DNA of 64,000 nucleotides from a virus. Below the pieces are notes generated by a model that was not told where the DNA came from, did not search any database, and saw nothing but the letters and a program-made list of their open reading frames with translations. Shown in pieces: positions 43,982 through 54,003 of the stretch. Every line of letters starts with the position of its first letter. Position 1 is the first letter of the stretch. Both the position numbers and the translations under genes were made by a program. The stretch lies in IMG/VR virus record IMGVR_UViG_3300021961_000019; one strand, given 5' to 3'.

Positions 43982-46288
43982 TTAGATTTTGCAACTTTCA
44001 CACTCCTCTTCAGAGTCCTCAAGAATAGAATTGAGCAGACAATCAAGTTCAACTGTCCTAGAAATATTCTCCTCAACTACATCACTCTTCAGATCATAAG
44101 TGTTCTGATAGTAAGAGGTTTTCCATCCATACTTATAAGTTGTCAGAAGATCTGTTGCCATCACCGAGACCGGGACTTCGTTGTTTGAATAGTTTTCTGG
44201 ATTGTAACTCCAGTTTCCGGAGATTGCTTGATCGAAGAACTTTTGCAATACTGCAACAACGTTGATGTACCCAGTATTGTTAGGCATATCCCAAAGAAGA
44301 GTGTAATTGTTCTTAAGGGATCCATACTGAGGAACAATCTGTTTAAGGGGGCCCTTCTTGCTCTTCTTAATGGACAAGTAATCTCTAGGTGGTTCAATTC
44401 CGTTTGTTGCGTTTGACACAACGGAACTGCTCTCAGAAGGCATTTGTGCGGACAACGTGCTATGTCGCAATCCATATGTTTGAATGTCGGATCGTAATGT
44501 TTCCCAATCATGTTGATAAGCAATCGAAGAAATGTCGTCTACCTCTTTTTTGTAAGTATCAATTGGAAGAATGCCATCCGCATACTTGGTTCTACCGAAG
44601 GATGAACAATGACCCTTCTCCTGTGCCAACTGATTAGATGCTTTCAAGAGGTAATACTGGAATGATTCTGCAAGACCGTGAGCAGCGTCCCATGCCTCCT
44701 GAGAGTCGTATTTGAACCCCAGTCTGGCAAGATAATGGGCAAGACCGATGAACCCCACTCCAAGCGATCTACGTGCCTTTGTGGCGTTCTCTGCTGCCTT
44801 GACGGGATAGTGTTGATAATCGATCAGCTCATCCAAAGAACGGACAGAAAGATCGCAAAGTTCTTCCAACTCATCATCAGACTTTACCTTGCCAACATTT
44901 ACTGCAGACAGAATGCACAGGGCGATCTCACCCACAATATCATCAATATGTTGGAGGGGATCTGTTGGGAGGGTAATCTCTTGGCAGAGATTGCTCATAT
45001 TTACCTTGTCCTTAAATGATGAGTGAGAATTGCAATGGTCAATATTCATGATATAAATTCGACCAGTTTCAGCCCTCTCCTTCAGTAGATCAAGGATTAG
45101 ATCTTGTGCCTTTAAAGATTTCTTGGGGATCTCTTCGCAGGTCTCATAATACTCATAAAGTTCATCAAATCTATCAGTTCCAAATGATTCATACAGACCA
45201 GGAACATCATGCGGACTAAAGAGAGTAATGTTGCCACCAGAAATAAATCTCTCATAGAAGATTTTGCTGAGTTGAATTGAATAGTCCAACTTACGAACAC
45301 GATTATCTTCAGTTCCCTTGTTGTTCTTAAGAACAAGAATGTCTTCTATTTCTTGGTGCCAGATTGGGAAGTGGACTGTCGCGGATCCACCTCGTATGCC
45401 ATTTTGCGTGCAACATCTGACAGTTGCTTCAAACTTCTTGAGAAATGGTACAACACCTGTGTGTTGAACTTCTCCCCCTCTGATTTTACTGTTGATGCCA
45501 CGGATGCGACCAGCGTTGATGCCGATCCCCGCCCTCTGTGCAACGTATCTGCCAATAGCCATATCAGAGCTAAAGATAGAATCGAGGGTGTCATCAACAT
45601 CAACAAGAACACAACTAGCAAATTGTCTAATTGGTGTTCTAACCCCTGCCATGATTGGGGTTGGGATGTTGATTTTGTGTTTGGAGATTGCGTCATAATA
45701 TCGTCTCACATAGGACATTCGGGTTTCTTTTGGATACTCTGCAAAGATTGTCAGAGCAATCATCATGTACATGAATTGTGGAGTTTCAAATACTCTACCA
45801 CTGCTTCTATCTTGCACGAGGTACTTATCAACGACCTGGCGTAAACCTGCATAAGTGAATAAGAAGTCACGATTATGATCAATATACGAATCAGCTCGCT
45901 CAATCTCTTCTTTAGAGTATTTTGTGAAAATTTCATGATCGTATAGTTGCTGCTGAACACATTGGACAATATGCACCTCCAGAGAAGGAAGTTCTTTCAT
46001 TCTTCCATATAGAGACTTTCTCAGAGAAAATAGAAGAAGTCTTGCCGCAACAAATTGATAATTTGGATGCTCCAGATCAATCAGATCACTAGCAGAGCGA
46101 ATCAAAATCTCTTGAATCTCAGCGGTTGTGATTCCATCATAAAATTGAATACCTGAAGTCATTTCAACCTGACTTGCAGACACTCCAGAAAGACCTTGAC
46201 AGGCGGCATCCACCATCAGATGCATCTTTTCAAGATTGATGGGTTCGATAGAACCATTCCTTTTAAGTACCTTTAATCCGTTGCTCAT
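43982..46288 (-). CDS. nrdA: ribonucleotide reductase class Ia, alpha subunit
   Basis: ATP cone, PTPIMAG, ASCVL, SNLCQEI, KTSYY; no intein. Confidence 0.97.
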   Translation of the reverse strand: MSNGLKVLKRNGSIEPINLEKMHLMVDAACQGLSGVSASQVEMTSGIQFYDGITTAEIQEILIRSASDLIDLEHPNYQFVAARLLLFSLRKSLYGRMKELPSLEVHIVQCVQQQLYDHEIFTKYSKEEIERADSYIDHNRDFLFTYAGLRQVVDKYLVQDRSSGRVFETPQFMYMMIALTIFAEYPKETRMSYVRRYYDAISKHKINIPTPIMAGVRTPIRQFASCVLVDVDDTLDSIFSSDMAIGRYVAQRAGIGINAGRIRGINSKIRGGEVQHTGVVPFLKKFEATVRCCTQNGIRGGSATVHFPIWHQEIEDILVLKNNKGTEDNRVRKLDYSIQLSKIFYERFISGGNITLFSPHDVPGLYESFGTDRFDELYEYYETCEEIPKKSLKAQDLILDLLKERAETGRIYIMNIDHCNSHSSFKDKVNMSNLCQEITLPTDPLQHIDDIVGEIALCILSAVNVGKVKSDDELEELCDLSVRSLDELIDYQHYPVKAAENATKARRSLGVGFIGLAHYLARLGFKYDSQEAWDAAHGLAESFQYYLLKASNQLAQEKGHCSSFGRTKYADGILPIDTYKKEVDDISSIAYQHDWETLRSDIQTYGLRHSTLSAQMPSESSSVVSNATNGIEPPRDYLSIKKSKKGPLKQIVPQYGSLKNNYTLLWDMPNNTGYINVVAVLQKFFDQAISGNWSYNPENYSNNEVPVSVMATDLLTTYKYGWKTSYYQNTYDLKSDVVEENISRTVELDCLLNSILEDSEEECESCKI

Positions 46289-47262
46289 ATCCGTTTCCAA
46301 TGTGTGAACTTTACTCTTGCCTCTAAACCCTGATATACGTTTGATTCTACAATATCTTGAACATTATGTCCAGCAAGAACCATGTCATTGATGTCTTTCT
46401 CAACAATAGATGATGGCCAGATCACGACCTTATCTCCTCTGTCGATTGCTTTGGAGATTCTTGCGGTGATGTCTCTACTGCGCGGTTCGTTATCAAAAAC
46501 ATAAATATAATCGCTCCAATCAAACGACCCAAGATCGATATCGGCCCCGCACATAGCAACGCTATTTTTAATAAAGGTCGAGTCGAACGGTCCTTCGATG
46601 ATGTAGATGGGAGAGCGAACATCCACCTGATCGAATCCATAAATTTTTGGCGCATCGTCTTCAAGCATTATAGTAATGTATTTAACCTTGGAAGACTTTT
46701 CTAAAGATCTTCCTTGCAACCCGATTAGTCGGTCTTTATATATTAAAGGAATAACGATCCTTGGTTCGTCATATTCCACGTTGCTAAAGACGTGATTGAG
46801 TGTATTAACCCATGCTTTGAACTTATCGGTGTAATAAAATTTATCTGGATTTAGTTTTCTACTTTCCAGAAATGTTTTGGATTGATAATTTGTAGACGCC
46901 TTAGGCAAATCCAAAACAACCTTCTTCTTAAAGACAGGTTTTTCAAATTCAAAATCCGGCTTCTCTGCAGTAAAATTTCTCCCGGTATGTCCTTCTTTGA
47001 ATTTCTCAAAGACATACTCCTTATGCATCGTAATGTCTAACTGCTTAAGAAAATTGTTGAAAGAAATATTCAACCCGCAGTTATGGCATTTATAGTTTGT
47101 ATTATTTTTTACTTGGTAGAGATATCCTCTTGCTTTATTCTTATTCTTCTGAGAATCGCCGCACAAGGGGCATCTAAAGTTAAAAAGGTCATTCTTCACC
47201 CTTTTAAACTTTTGAAGTCTTGAAGAAACAAGATTGATGTATTTCACATCAATAAAATCCAT
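46285..47262 (-). CDS. gp61: DNA primase (T4 gp61 homolog)
   Basis: RCPLCGDS...CHNC zinc finger; IIEGPFDS; DNEPR; KDINDM. Confidence 0.95.
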   Translation of the reverse strand: MDFIDVKYINLVSSRLQKFKRVKNDLFNFRCPLCGDSQKNKNKARGYLYQVKNNTNYKCHNCGLNISFNNFLKQLDITMHKEYVFEKFKEGHTGRNFTAEKPDFEFEKPVFKKKVVLDLPKASTNYQSKTFLESRKLNPDKFYYTDKFKAWVNTLNHVFSNVEYDEPRIVIPLIYKDRLIGLQGRSLEKSSKVKYITIMLEDDAPKIYGFDQVDVRSPIYIIEGPFDSTFIKNSVAMCGADIDLGSFDWSDYIYVFDNEPRSRDITARISKAIDRGDKVVIWPSSIVEKDINDMVLAGHNVQDIVESNVYQGLEARVKFTHWKRI

Positions 47263-47455
47263 AACGAAAGAGGTCCCCGAATATTCTTCAGTCTAGCAGA
47301 CTAGATTCGTTTGTCAAGTATTTGGTGAGCCAATTCTGTGATGATTGATGTCCATTTTATCACAGAATTGGTGTTCTTCTGCAGCAAATATAATGATATC
47401 GGTTTTTCGGTTTTGACCTTTTTCATAGTGGCATCGAAGCCCATTCTGGCATTAT

Positions 47456-47950
47456 TTAGATGTTGTCACTCACATTTTTATGCACAAGACTCTGATAAGG
47501 TCTTTCAACAGTTGTCCTTTCCATCCTTGCCTTTGGAATGGTATTTGTCCACACTCCAGATGCCAACTGAGACAGAGTAGCGGCAACTGTTACAAGAACT
47601 GCTCCAATTCCAATAACCATCCACTTAACTCTTGTGACATCATCAATCTTTTGTTCAAGATCATCCATGTCAGGAAGTTTATCCAACCTACTCTCCAATT
47701 CGTCAATCTTCTCTAGACAGAATTGAACTGATTCATCGTTTCTGTTACTAACATTATCAATAAGTGACTTCATGCTGTCACTATGCTTGTAAAACTGCTC
47801 AATTTTTTCATTCTGAACTGCCAGCATTTTCAGAATGTTTGAGTTTACATCGTTAATCTTATTGATCGCCCTCTCCAACTTATCCACAACCGTGACAAAA
47901 TCCACCAATCTCTGCTCCAAGATGGCTATTTTTATCTCTTCGTTTGGCAT
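47456..47950 (-). CDS. coiled-coil protein with C-terminal TM helix
   Basis: Heptad pattern followed by WMVIGIGAVLV. Confidence 0.65.
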   Translation of the reverse strand: MPNEEIKIAILEQRLVDFVTVVDKLERAINKINDVNSNILKMLAVQNEKIEQFYKHSDSMKSLIDNVSNRNDESVQFCLEKIDELESRLDKLPDMDDLEQKIDDVTRVKWMVIGIGAVLVTVAATLSQLASGVWTNTIPKARMERTTVERPYQSLVHKNVSDNI

Positions 47951-48016
47951 AGTCGTTTATGCGAAGTTTCTGCAACCCAAAGATCTTTTATTATTTTGAA
48001 TGGCACTAACGTATAT

Positions 48017-48232
48017 CTATTTATCCTCCAAGTCTTTCACCCATTTCTTGTATGTGTTGGAAACCTTTCGATAATCAACTTTCTTTCTTCTATTCATGAA
48101 CTTTAGAAGGGGATCAAATCCAGCAACAGGGCCCTCTGCTGGGGAGGATGCACTCATACCTCCCTGAGTTCCAGGGGCATTTGCCACCATCATTTCCCGA
48201 ATAGTTTGAATTACCCTATCAATCTTCTTCAT
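48017..48232 (-). CDS. small conserved late protein (likely start MKKIDRVIQTIRE)
   Basis: Part of track ORF 48017-48292; GPVAGFDP motif. Confidence 0.55.
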   Translation of the reverse strand: MKKIDRVIQTIREMMVANAPGTQGGMSASSPAEGPVAGFDPLLKFMNRRKKVDYRKVSNTYKKWVKDLEDK

Positions 48233-48614
48233 CGTCCTTCTTGTAGATCTGTTGCAATTCTTTGTAGCAATCAAGGTCAATCGGAATATCATGAAAAAAG
48301 CATTTAGGGAACTCTGGCAGTCTATTCATAAACAGAATGAATGTTTTTGTGACTGACCACAGTTCCTGCTCCAACTTATAAAAAAGCATAGGAGTTGCTG
48401 CATCACCAAATATATTATATAAAATCATAAAGTGATTAATTAGAAGGTGAGTTTTTAGCTCACCCGTGCTTTTATATCGCTTTAAGAGTCTTTTAATATA
48501 TTTGAAATAATTAAGATCCTTATCAAAATCCTCTTTCGTTACTGATTGAGGATTTTGATAGTTCTTTATAGCGAATAATAGAAAATTATCACTGTTCAGT
48601 TCATTAAACTGCAT
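48219..48614 (-). CDS. conserved T4-like phage hypothetical protein
   Basis: NFLLFAIKNY.NP...F.KDL..FKYIKRLL...LL.NH. Confidence 0.8.
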   Translation of the reverse strand: MQFNELNSDNFLLFAIKNYQNPQSVTKEDFDKDLNYFKYIKRLLKRYKSTGELKTHLLINHFMILYNIFGDAATPMLFYKLEQELWSVTKTFILFMNRLPEFPKCFFHDIPIDLDCYKELQQIYKKDDEED

Positions 48615-48635
48615 AAACCCCTATTCGCAATTTTA

Positions 48636-49379
48636 TCAAACGATCTCTAGTTGATCTGTACCAAGTCCAACGGAAGATCCACCAGATCCAGCACCGCCAA
48701 TGTGGCGAAGAAGATCTGCAGAGAATGTGCTAGTAACACCAGCGGCACCACTCATATCGGTGATGACTCCAACAAATCCGTAATCAAGATTGATGGAAAT
48801 CTTTTCACCAGGAAGATTTGGTGCAGTAAATGAGAATGAAACTCTGTTTGTAACCTGACCATTATAATCCGTAGATGCTCTCAGACCATAATTATTGAAA
48901 TGATTGTAAACTGTTCCAACACCATAGGAAACTGCAGTTGCAACAATTGCAGTGCTGTTGGAAACTAGAAGATCAATAGTTGCTCCGGCAGAAACATGCA
49001 CCAATTCGTTGAATACCAGATGAACATGTCCAGTTGCAAGAGTTCCAATACCCGAAGTTGCTCCACCATCAGCACTAATGATAGATGCTCTGTTTGGATC
49101 CTCAAAGAATACTGCAACAGGAGTTGCCAAACTGAGACCAGTTTCATTAGCTGCTGTACTTGTAGTATTGAGACCAGCAACGGATACTAAGACTTCATCG
49201 TAATAGTTCTGTGATGCACCAGAGTGCTCATCACTACCATATCTTCTATAAACCCAACCACGTTCGTCAGCAAAACAATTCCAAGGCGTATTTGTCCTGT
49301 CATTTTCGTCCAAATGCTTTGGAAGCGCATAATTATTTGCTACTGTTTCAGTGGTTGTCGAAATACCCCAAAGAGCCAT
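48636..49379 (-). CDS. probable virion structural protein
   Basis: MALWG start, G/T/S-rich; TATAAATA at 49414-49421. Confidence 0.7.
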   Translation of the reverse strand: MALWGISTTTETVANNYALPKHLDENDRTNTPWNCFADERGWVYRRYGSDEHSGASQNYYDEVLVSVAGLNTTSTAANETGLSLATPVAVFFEDPNRASIISADGGATSGIGTLATGHVHLVFNELVHVSAGATIDLLVSNSTAIVATAVSYGVGTVYNHFNNYGLRASTDYNGQVTNRVSFSFTAPNLPGEKISINLDYGFVGVITDMSGAAGVTSTFSADLLRHIGGAGSGGSSVGLGTDQLEIV

Positions 49380-49420
49380 TTTACTTACCTGTCTATGAAA
49401 ATTGTGCTAAGAATATTTAT

Positions 49421-49449
49421 AAAAAGAGGAGACCCAAAGATCTCCCCCG
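49421..49449 (-). terminator. rho-independent terminator
   Basis: GGGGAGATC-TTTG-GGTCTCCTC-TTTTT. Confidence 0.7.
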
Positions 49450-49473
49450 ATGCTATACCCAAAATTAACTATC

Positions 49474-49689
49474 TCAAGGTGTTGGATCTACAGCACCTTT
49501 TTGCTTCAGAACCTCTTGTACTCTGAGGAGAAGGAAAGAAACAAGTCCGTTGGACTTGACCTTTGGCCATGCTCCAAGAAGTTCAGAGAGGATGAAAGCA
49601 ACTGTTGCAAGTGCTGCCTGATTTGCATGGACCCATGCAAGAATTGCGGCGAGTTCCATAAAATTACCTCCAATAGGTTGGATATCCAA
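49474..49689 (-). CDS. small membrane protein (possible holin)
   Basis: Two short hydrophobic helices; the holin call is a guess. Confidence 0.45.
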   Translation of the reverse strand: MDIQPIGGNFMELAAILAWVHANQAALATVAFILSELLGAWPKVKSNGLVSFLLLRVQEVLKQKGAVDPTP

Positions 49690-49691
49690 TA

Positions 49692-49964
49692 CTATTTATC
49701 CAAATTAGACTCGTATTTTTTAGTCTTTGGATTCCATTTCCTAACTTCACCCTTTCTCAAGGGTGGAGTGTCATCATGCCTCGTTTTCCAATGTTTACCA
49801 AATTTCATTCTCATCTTTCTTTCCAAATTCTCTCTCTCCGACTCATCATCTTTTTCACGTTCCCTAGAGGACAAATATCCTGCAAAAGGTTCACTAGTTT
49901 CATACCTCATATTTCTTCGGAAATAATCAATTACGAAGTCAATTTTCTTGTCGAAATTGTCCAT
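49692..49964 (-). CDS. hypothetical protein
   Basis: 90 aa, highly charged. Confidence 0.6.
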   Translation of the reverse strand: MDNFDKKIDFVIDYFRRNMRYETSEPFAGYLSSREREKDDESERENLERKMRMKFGKHWKTRHDDTPPLRKGEVRKWNPKTKKYESNLDK

Positions 49965-52753
49965 CAGTCCCTCGCAGAATAATACTTCTCTCTTGCCTTT
50001 GCTTCTCCCCTCTCTTTGGAAGTATGACCATGCTTGATCACTCTATCAACCTGACGATTAGCCAGTCTACGTTGAGTCTCTGAAGGAGTTTCCTTCTGAC
50101 CTCTCACCTTTGGTTCTTGGCGGGATCCAGGAAACTTCGTCTCATGCTCCTTCTCTGCCCTGTGCTTGAGGTTGGTGATGCCCGCCTTAAGACGTTGCTC
50201 ACGACCCTTTCTTGCCGCTGCCAGCGACTTCATAGCGGCATCTCTACGTGCCTGCTTCGCGGCATCAGGTGCTGCCCCATGCCTATCTGCTGCTGTAGAC
50301 TCGCCAAGTTCTCCAAGTGCTTTTTGCTTACGAATCTTCTTAGGATTCTTGGTCTTGTCTGCAGAGTAGTTATTATCATCCTCATTATCAGGATCTACAG
50401 CACTACGATGTCTGGTGCGTCTTTCTTCATCATCCATATTTGCACGACTTCTCTTTGCTTCATCGGGAGAATATTTTCTACCGCTGTTGTACCATTCTTT
50501 ACCTACATGACCTCTCTTTTCAGCATCAGCAGATGCCTCTCTACGCTTATTCTTCTGACGATTTGCTTTGAAGTCTTTCATGGTCATGCCTTCTTCAAGT
50601 TCATCTTCAAACTCAACTTCCTCTGTATTCATAGGAAGTTTGTTTTGCTGTTGCAGTCTCAACTTCTGCTTCTCAAGTTGCTGCTTCTTCATTTGCAACC
50701 TCTTCATATTCTGAAGTTGCTGCTTCCTTAGATTTTCCTGTCGCTTGTCAGCACTAGTTTGAGTTGCTCTTACATCATCATCAGCGGTTGTTTCTTCCTG
50801 ATCAACAATTGCAGACTCTTTCACTTCAGGCAGTTCACTACGCTTAGTCTTAGCATAGTCACGAAGTTGCTTAGTGGTCATGGTTTTGGCCAGTTTGGCA
50901 ACTGTCACAGAAGGTGCTTCCATTTCACCCGTCTTGGTTGCATATGCCATACCCATCAGTTTTTGCTGCTTAGCAGAAACTGCTTCTTCCTTCATAGCAT
51001 CAGCAACTCTTTGTGCTGCCTTTCTAATACCACGCTTCAGAGAAGTCTTTGCTCTCTGAACCTTTGGTTCTGCAGCAACCTTCAATTCTCTTGCCTTATT
51101 ATATGCCTTCACGGCAAGTTTTCCAAGAATTTCTTTTGCTCTTGACTTGACACTTCTCTTTTTGGGGCCCTCTGTATCATGACCATAAGTTACTGTTGCC
51201 TCAATAAGTGCTTCGCTTGCAAGGTCAAGATCATATCCTTCAAGAACCAATTCTTCCAGAATTTGCTCAATATCAAACTCCTCTCTATTAAGTTGCTTTT
51301 TCTCAGCAGGAGTTAAAGCACCTCTCTGTGCTCCTCTTGCTGCTTGCTTTGACTTCACCTTAGGATCATCAGACTTGTGACCATATCCATGGAGACCAGG
51401 GGAAGAAGAAGTGGTCTTACGGAAATCACCTCTTTGTGCTCTGGCAAGATTTTGTCTCTGCTTTTCTTTATTAGCATCACCAAAGGTTGGTCTGTCTGCT
51501 AGTTTGGTTGCTCTATCAGCAGCCTCACCGCCACCAGTTGACTTAGCAATCTTATTACGAATTGCGGTCTCATCATGACCACGTTTCGCCATCGCGGTTG
51601 CTTCATCAATTTCTGAGACCAGAGGATCTGGTGTAATCAAATCAACAAATTCAACATAGTCATTTCCATTTGCATCCTGAATAGTGACAGACTCTTTGGG
51701 AACACAATTCGGGACCTTTTTACCACCCTTCTTCTTCATTCCTACTTGCTGATATCCATCCCAACAAGGATCATCACTCACTTCTTTTGCCTCAAGAACC
51801 ACTCCACCAATCTCAGAAATTGCGGCAGTCACTTCCTCAGTCTTGAGGTTTGGGTTGAGGATGACTTTATTGTTTACCTTCTTTTCCTTAATTTCATTTT
51901 CACCCTCATCTTCCTTTGGAGCAACTACTTCACGAAGATCATTTCTCCAGTTTGAGAAGGCTTCCTTTCTTACTTTCTTTTCCTTCGCTGGGTTTGGTTT
52001 TACTGCCTTTCCACCGGGAGGATTATTCTTACCAGAAACACCCCTATTTGCTTCTGCTTCGTCATGATCAAAGTCAGGATCCTCCATAGGATCATACCAC
52101 CCTTTACCCTCACTTACACCATGAGACTTATCTTTAGCAATCGCAGCAGAACGCTTTTGTCTACGATTCAAAAGATACTTATCTGTCTTATCATGGTCGC
52201 CATCATTATCAATATCCTTATCCTCTTTGCCAACGGGATCAAGACCCTTACCAGACTTTACTTTTGCAGTTTGTTCACCACGCGATGCTTCTGCATCATA
52301 TGCCTTTCCATAGTGGGTCATTTCGACCGACTTAATATTTGGATTTGCACGAAGTTGACTAATCTTTTCGCGGGTTGCTCTTCTAACGTAACTTCTACCA
52401 GTTTCCTTATCAGTAACACGAATCTGATATTTCTCAACTGGACCTTCCTTCTCTTCCTTAACTGGAGAGGGGTTTACCAGACCCAACTTTTCCTTAACAG
52501 CAAGTTTCTCAGGACCGGTCATAGTTGTATGACCCATATACTGACCATATGCCTGATCTACCTTAACACCTTCTCTCTTAGAGCGATATCTAATATCATA
52601 TACCGCTTGACGAACACGTTTAGCGGATGATTCTTCATCATCCTTACCCTTCTCAACATGCTTGCCAGAATCAGATCTTGACTTACCTAACTTAGGTTCA
52701 AAGACCTCTTTCATATAAACATCAGAGATCGCATTTAGAGGATTGACGGTCAT
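49964..52753 (-). CDS. large charged protein, probable internal head/virion protein
   Basis: 929 aa, K/E/R/D-rich; modules DPCWDGY.QVGMKKK, AVSAKQQKLMG, DKDIDNDGD; ATAAATA at 52785-52791. Confidence 0.7.
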   Translation of the reverse strand: MTVNPLNAISDVYMKEVFEPKLGKSRSDSGKHVEKGKDDEESSAKRVRQAVYDIRYRSKREGVKVDQAYGQYMGHTTMTGPEKLAVKEKLGLVNPSPVKEEKEGPVEKYQIRVTDKETGRSYVRRATREKISQLRANPNIKSVEMTHYGKAYDAEASRGEQTAKVKSGKGLDPVGKEDKDIDNDGDHDKTDKYLLNRRQKRSAAIAKDKSHGVSEGKGWYDPMEDPDFDHDEAEANRGVSGKNNPPGGKAVKPNPAKEKKVRKEAFSNWRNDLREVVAPKEDEGENEIKEKKVNNKVILNPNLKTEEVTAAISEIGGVVLEAKEVSDDPCWDGYQQVGMKKKGGKKVPNCVPKESVTIQDANGNDYVEFVDLITPDPLVSEIDEATAMAKRGHDETAIRNKIAKSTGGGEAADRATKLADRPTFGDANKEKQRQNLARAQRGDFRKTTSSSPGLHGYGHKSDDPKVKSKQAARGAQRGALTPAEKKQLNREEFDIEQILEELVLEGYDLDLASEALIEATVTYGHDTEGPKKRSVKSRAKEILGKLAVKAYNKARELKVAAEPKVQRAKTSLKRGIRKAAQRVADAMKEEAVSAKQQKLMGMAYATKTGEMEAPSVTVAKLAKTMTTKQLRDYAKTKRSELPEVKESAIVDQEETTADDDVRATQTSADKRQENLRKQQLQNMKRLQMKKQQLEKQKLRLQQQNKLPMNTEEVEFEDELEEGMTMKDFKANRQKNKRREASADAEKRGHVGKEWYNSGRKYSPDEAKRSRANMDDEERRTRHRSAVDPDNEDDNNYSADKTKNPKKIRKQKALGELGESTAADRHGAAPDAAKQARRDAAMKSLAAARKGREQRLKAGITNLKHRAEKEHETKFPGSRQEPKVRGQKETPSETQRRLANRQVDRVIKHGHTSKERGEAKAREKYYSARD

Positions 52754-52767
52754 TTTTCAACGCTGTG

Positions 52768-53973
52768 CTATTTCTTCTTATACTTATTTATGAAATTTTT
52801 AATACTCTTGGTTTGAGTCATACGCATCAAATATTTTAGAAGAGAATCAGTTCCAACCAATCTTTTATCAGATGAGACTCCAGATTGATCGGTCCATTCA
52901 ACAACATCACGAATCCAAGGTTTGAATAGAATATTATCCTCAGTCACACAAATCAAATAATTTGCACCTCTGCGAATGATCTTACCAACAAATCCAGTAT
53001 TAAGGTTCTCAACAACATCCCCAACATTAAAAATATTTCCCCTGATATATTCATCTCTCAATCCATTGGAATCATATTTTGGAGCAATTTCCCACAAACT
53101 ATACGACTCAGAAACCTTCATACTCTTTCTAAGAGTATTATAAAGTTGTTTTGTAGTTTCGTCATCCAAAGTGGAAGGAACTCCCTTTCGGAAAGTTGCA
53201 AAGTCTCCCTCTGCTGCTGCCTTCCTCAATTTAGATGCTGACATACCACTCACATCATCAGCATCCGGATCACGTTCTCCAGCAGAAACTACCTGAATAT
53301 CTTTGAAGTCATACAACTTACCATTATATTCTGTAGACAATTTCTCAAACTCTGATTGGCGATCACTTCCCACAACAATATTAACTGAAGAATAACCGTC
53401 AGCATGTGCTTGCTTGAGAACATCAAAAATGGTCTTTGACTTCACATCGTTCACAATTCTCTCACCATGCTTTGGATACATTTTACGCATTACTGCAATT
53501 TTAGTATCCGGATCTAATGGATTTTTCTTTGAATCACTAGATCTAGACGGATAGATTTTATAGTCCCCCTTACCAGCAACGGTTGCAACTCTATCCAACA
53601 ACTTTTCATGTCCGGTAGTTGGGGGGTTAAATCTACCGAAAGCAATAGTGAGTGTTCCCTTATCTTCAACCTCTTCTTCACCACCCTCAGGTTGCTGAGA
53701 TTGTGCCTGAGGTTGCGGTGCTTGTGGGGCAGATTGTTGAACTTGAGTAGCGGCGATTTGTTGATTCGCAGATGTTCTTTCCTGAGGAGGATCCTGTCCA
53801 GGTCTCTGATTTTTATTATAAAACTTTAATTTACCACCCTCAGTTTTTGCTACAAACTCTCCGTCTTTATCATACCACCCACCATGACCATCTCCAGTCA
53901 GTCCAAGCCGTCTTGCTTGCATAACTGCCTGTGATTTGCCTGCTTCGGAAAGAAATCGGGAAAAACTTTTCAT
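52768..53973 (-). CDS. HIGH-superfamily nucleotidylyltransferase (cytidyltransferase-like)
   Basis: FGRFNPPTTGH, VVGSDR, SASKLR; TATAAATA at 53973-53980 and 53994-54001. Confidence 0.85.
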   Translation of the reverse strand: MKSFSRFLSEAGKSQAVMQARRLGLTGDGHGGWYDKDGEFVAKTEGGKLKFYNKNQRPGQDPPQERTSANQQIAATQVQQSAPQAPQPQAQSQQPEGGEEEVEDKGTLTIAFGRFNPPTTGHEKLLDRVATVAGKGDYKIYPSRSSDSKKNPLDPDTKIAVMRKMYPKHGERIVNDVKSKTIFDVLKQAHADGYSSVNIVVGSDRQSEFEKLSTEYNGKLYDFKDIQVVSAGERDPDADDVSGMSASKLRKAAAEGDFATFRKGVPSTLDDETTKQLYNTLRKSMKVSESYSLWEIAPKYDSNGLRDEYIRGNIFNVGDVVENLNTGFVGKIIRRGANYLICVTEDNILFKPWIRDVVEWTDQSGVSSDKRLVGTDSLLKYLMRMTQTKSIKNFINKYKKK

Positions 53974-54003
53974 ATTTATAATTCTTGCATTTTTATTTAT
54001 ATT

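Noticed and set aside
42746-46300. Introns or inteins in nrdA and nrdB
   Set aside because: Both ORFs are continuous and of normal length, with no C/S...HN intein termini.
47263-47455. Possible small ORF between primase and the coiled-coil gene
   Set aside because: Only short frames without a clear RBS; the region holds a TTGACA-N16-TAGACT promoter-like sequence and is more likely regulatory.
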